From an uncultured archaeon (GTDB taxonomy: Archaea > Asgardarchaeota > Lokiarchaeia > Sigyniarchaeales > SOKP01): 64,000 nt of DNA. The notes under the pieces are model-generated. The model did not search any database and was not told the origin of the DNA. It saw only the letters and a program-made list of their open reading frames with translations. Within the stretch, counting starts at the first letter, position 1, and every line of letters starts with the position of its first letter. This document shows, in pieces, positions 60,800-64,000 of the stretch. The position numbers and the translations under genes were made by a program. The stretch spans positions 16,403 through 80,402 of the forward strand of contig CAZOYD010000010.1 in the NCBI GenBank assembly GCA_964583985.1. The letters run 5' to 3'.

Positions 60800-62701
60800 C
60801 TATAACTCCTCCAAAATCGCGTGTTGGGGACAAATCTCAATGCATACTTTACAACCACGGCAAGCATTTTGATCAATCATTGCTTTTTTCAAATCATCAT
60901 CAAAATTTATGGCAGGACAACCAAACCGATTGACGCATATCAAGCATCCGATGCATTTTTCTTGATCAACCACGATCTTAGGCGGAGTGATTTGTTGTGC
61001 TCGCATTTGATTTACTTCAACTAAAGAGCACGTATGCCGGGATATGAATACTCGTACTCCCTTTGAATCTACCGCTTCTTCTAATTTAATGATAAGTTCA
61101 TTTAATTCATTCGAATCTTGTTCCCAGATATTTTCTTCTTTAACGCCACAACCTTTTACAAGATCTCTTAAGATAACTCTAGTACCCGGTGTTTTATCTA
61201 TTTTAATTCCAGTCCCCGCATTTTCTTGAAATCCTGTCATTGAAGTCGATCTATTATCGAGAATTACAATTAGCATGTCATTTTGATTGTAAACCGCATT
61301 TATTAATGCGGGAATTCCTGAATGAAAGAACGTAGAATCTCCTAAAATTGCCAATACAGGATTTCCTTTTGGTTGGATCTTTGTGATGCCATTTGCTAAT
61401 CCAATAGAGCCCCCCATGCAAACTTCGGTATCTAATCCCTCCAATGGTTTATATACAGCAAGAGTATAACATCCTATATCCGAGGAATTAACAAATTTTG
61501 TTTTTTTCTTTTTTTCTACTTGTTTTATAGCATAAAATGTGGCTCTATGTGAACATCCTGGACACAGGATGGGGAGACGAGGAGGAATAATTAGCATCTT
61601 TTCTGGCACTGGATTTCTTTTATGCTCAAGACCAATGAAATCAGAAAGAACCTCTAAATAGAGTTCAGCTGAAAATTCACCATTTTGAGGTAGGTAATCT
61701 TTTCCATGGATTGCAATTTCCTTTGACAATCCTTCTTCATATGCTGATTGTTTTAAGATATTTTCGATGAAAGGTTCTAATTCTTCAATTGTGAGAATCT
61801 CATCTACATTATCAAATAATCTTTTAATTAACTTCTTAGGTGGAGGATATACCAATCCTAATTTAAGTATTGATACTTTTTCTAATATACCAAAATAGTT
61901 TAAGGCATCTATTAAATGTCCATAAGGAATACCAGCAGTTACAAATCCATATTTAATTCCATTAATCTTTTCATCAGATAATTTTAAAGAATTAAAAGGG
62001 AATTCATCAGCAAATTCAGAAATTAGTTCTAATCTTTCCAATAATCTCATGCGCAAGACTCGAGAGTGAGAAGGTAGACAGACCCATCGAGATCTATCCC
62101 AATCAAATGAATAATCTCTATCTATCTGCTTTATTTCTCCTAAGGCAACATCTCCTCTTCCATGGTTGAGACGCGTTGTTGTTCTAAATAAAACTAATGA
62201 CTGGAATTGTTCAGAAAAATCAAACGCATATTTCACCATATCTTTTGCTTCTTGGGGCGTTGATGGTTCAAAAACAGGGACAAGAGCATGCAACCCATAA
62301 TAGCGGTTATCTTGCTCATTTTGGCTGCTATAAAGATTAGGATCATCAGCTGATATTAAGACCATTCCGCCTCGTGCTCCAGCATAACAAGCCGTCATAA
62401 ATGCATCAGATGCTACATTAACCCCAACATGTTTCATGCAAGCAACAGATCTTACATCACACATTGATGCTCCATATGCGGTTTCAAAACCTACTTTTTC
62501 ATTGATGCTCCATTCTAATTTTAAATGAGGATAATATTCTTTCAAAATAGCTAAGGTGCTTAAAATTTCAGAGGAAGGCGTTCCAGGATACCCCGCTCCG
62601 ACTATTACACCAGCTTCTAAAATCCCTCTAGCTAAAGCTTCATTCCCTAACAATATTACTTTTTTCCCAATTTCATCATCAGCATAATCAGGTTTAGTCA
62701 T
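60800..62701 (-). CDS. iorA: Indolepyruvate:ferredoxin oxidoreductase alpha subunit
   Basis: LLGNEALARG, YPGTPSSE, KHVG, SSQNEQD, LCPGCSHR, DIGCY, GDSTFFHSG motifs and a C-terminal ferredoxin. Confidence 0.95.
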   Translation of the reverse strand: MTKPDYADDEIGKKVILLGNEALARGILEAGVIVGAGYPGTPSSEILSTLAILKEYYPHLKLEWSINEKVGFETAYGASMCDVRSVACMKHVGVNVASDAFMTACYAGARGGMVLISADDPNLYSSQNEQDNRYYGLHALVPVFEPSTPQEAKDMVKYAFDFSEQFQSLVLFRTTTRLNHGRGDVALGEIKQIDRDYSFDWDRSRWVCLPSHSRVLRMRLLERLELISEFADEFPFNSLKLSDEKINGIKYGFVTAGIPYGHLIDALNYFGILEKVSILKLGLVYPPPKKLIKRLFDNVDEILTIEELEPFIENILKQSAYEEGLSKEIAIHGKDYLPQNGEFSAELYLEVLSDFIGLEHKRNPVPEKMLIIPPRLPILCPGCSHRATFYAIKQVEKKKKTKFVNSSDIGCYTLAVYKPLEGLDTEVCMGGSIGLANGITKIQPKGNPVLAILGDSTFFHSGIPALINAVYNQNDMLIVILDNRSTSMTGFQENAGTGIKIDKTPGTRVILRDLVKGCGVKEENIWEQDSNELNELIIKLEEAVDSKGVRVFISRHTCSLVEVNQMRAQQITPPKIVVDQEKCIGCLICVNRFGCPAINFDDDLKKAMIDQNACRGCKVCIEICPQHAILEEL

Positions 62702-63313
62702 CTATGACCCTCCTAAGGATCTACCCTTTTCCAATCCCAAGTTAAATGCGATTTTATTGACTTCTTTAGCTTTTTCAGGTACAAATTTCATCATAGCACT
62801 TAACATCGTTTCTTTACTAATTGGAATTTGTCCTGAACCAACTAATACACCCAACATTACGACATTCATTGTTTGTAGATTACCTGCTTGAAATGCTAAC
62901 TCATTAGCGTCAATGAAATGAATGTTTAAAGATACATTTTTTAAAAATGTTTGAATTTCTTCTATCGTTGGATATTCCATTCCAAGTTGGTGTATCATTG
63001 GAGGAATAATAAGCTCTCTATTAATAAAGAAGTATGTATTTGGTCCAGCGTAGTTGAAATTTCTTATTGCTTCACTTGCTTCAAAAGCCATTATCACGTC
63101 AGTCAATCCTCTTGGAATTAACGGACCTTCTACTTCAGAACCAAATCGAAAGTAAGATGCAACAGAACCACCTCTTTGAGCCATTCCATGAGTTTCAGCA
63201 GTTCTAACTTTGTATCCATCCAATAAAGCTGCGTGTGATAAAATTTGAACTGCTCTTATAACTCCCTGACCGCCTACTCCTACATTGAGTAGATTATATT
63301 TTTTTATCTCCAT
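62702..63313 (-). CDS. iorB: Indolepyruvate:ferredoxin oxidoreductase beta subunit
   Basis: GVGGQG, ETHGMAQRGGSV and NVVMLG motifs. Confidence 0.95.
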   Translation of the reverse strand: MEIKKYNLLNVGVGGQGVIRAVQILSHAALLDGYKVRTAETHGMAQRGGSVASYFRFGSEVEGPLIPRGLTDVIMAFEASEAIRNFNYAGPNTYFFINRELIIPPMIHQLGMEYPTIEEIQTFLKNVSLNIHFIDANELAFQAGNLQTMNVVMLGVLVGSGQIPISKETMLSAMMKFVPEKAKEVNKIAFNLGLEKGRSLGGS

Positions 63314-64000
63314 TATGCTTCAATCAGAATGATTTAGCTTTTTCAAAGATTATCTATTTATTATTAATTTCCATTATTTATTTAGGTTGTTCGTTATCTG
63401 TTATAATGGGAACAACATCCCATCATCCCGTTTTCATAAATATGATCTTTCATAATTTTCAGTCAAATTACTATATATATAATGCAATAGCTTCTCTAAA
63501 TTATTGAAAACTATTATAAATTTCTTGATTTTATCAATTATTATCTCTACATTCTACATATCCGACTTATTTGGGTTTTAAAATAATAAACGTTCCTTAT
63601 TAAATTCTTAATAAATTATGATTTGGAAATGCATGGAAACTCAAAAAAATAAAAAGAAAAAAAAAAAATGGAATATTGAATTAATGCAATTTCGCAGAAG
63701 TCTTATGAAACTTAGGAAAAAAATTTACTTTTCATTAAATTTATGAGTTATCTTAGCTTTTATAAGTACATATAGGGCTATGGAATAAAACCTATAGGGA
63801 ACATATTTCAATCATTATTCTATCGCTAAAATTTATGGAATAATTAAACAGAACGTTTATGAAATTAACCAAATATTTTTATATTGGGGAATCTATTAAT
63901 TAGTTACGAAAAATTTGTTTTTTTCGTGCTTGTAGTGGAATGCTTATATTTAGCCATAATTATTCCTCCACAATTTTTTTGGCAAATCATTCCATTACTT

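Noticed and set aside
1724-61229. Numerous short ORF-track entries opposite or inside long genes (e.g. 2330..2731, 6658..7080, 24619..25104, 46022..46330)
   Set aside because: They are antisense or alternate-frame shadows of well-supported CDSs and carry no motifs
53205-62701. Selenoproteins / SECIS among the redox genes
   Set aside because: No in-frame TGA at Cys positions; the Fe-S and Ior genes are complete as translated

Overview
AT-rich archaeal chromosomal segment, most consistent with an Asgard archaeon of the Lokiarchaeia/Promethearchaeota type. This is inferred from archaeal S15P/S3Ae, archaeal PGK, IorAB and ACD genes, longin/roadblock-like proteins and many paralogous lipid-metabolism genes. 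About 55 genes are present. Housekeeping and cofactor genes include pgk, rps15, rps3ae, rdgB, a GlmU-like enzyme, a sirtuin and a loose larB/larC/nikR cluster. There is also a short-alpha3 histone-fold gene, a tRNA-Val(GAC) with an apparent 25-nt intron in the D-loop, a decayed Zn-finger pseudogene, a bacterial-type RNase III, a MoxR/CbbQ-type AAA+ ATPase plus vWA pair, and a right-hand block of lipid/peptide catabolism genes. The most system-like locus is a tight five-gene operon of about 16 kb (22950-38809, minus strand). It encodes a MacB/LolD-type ABC ATPase with unusual extra domains, two giant FtsX-type permeases, a 1303-aa membrane-anchored surface protein and a 1589-aa membrane-anchored subtilase with a cytoplasmic Zn-ribbon tail. 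Three genes appear to need a non-canonical ATA/ATT start. A ~22-aa Y-x4-G-x4-[WY]-x-G-x2-[ST]-x2-[FY]-x2-W motif is shared by two unrelated ATPases. No CRISPR array, rRNA, integrase or transposase was seen. All calls come from motif reading only; no database searches were run.
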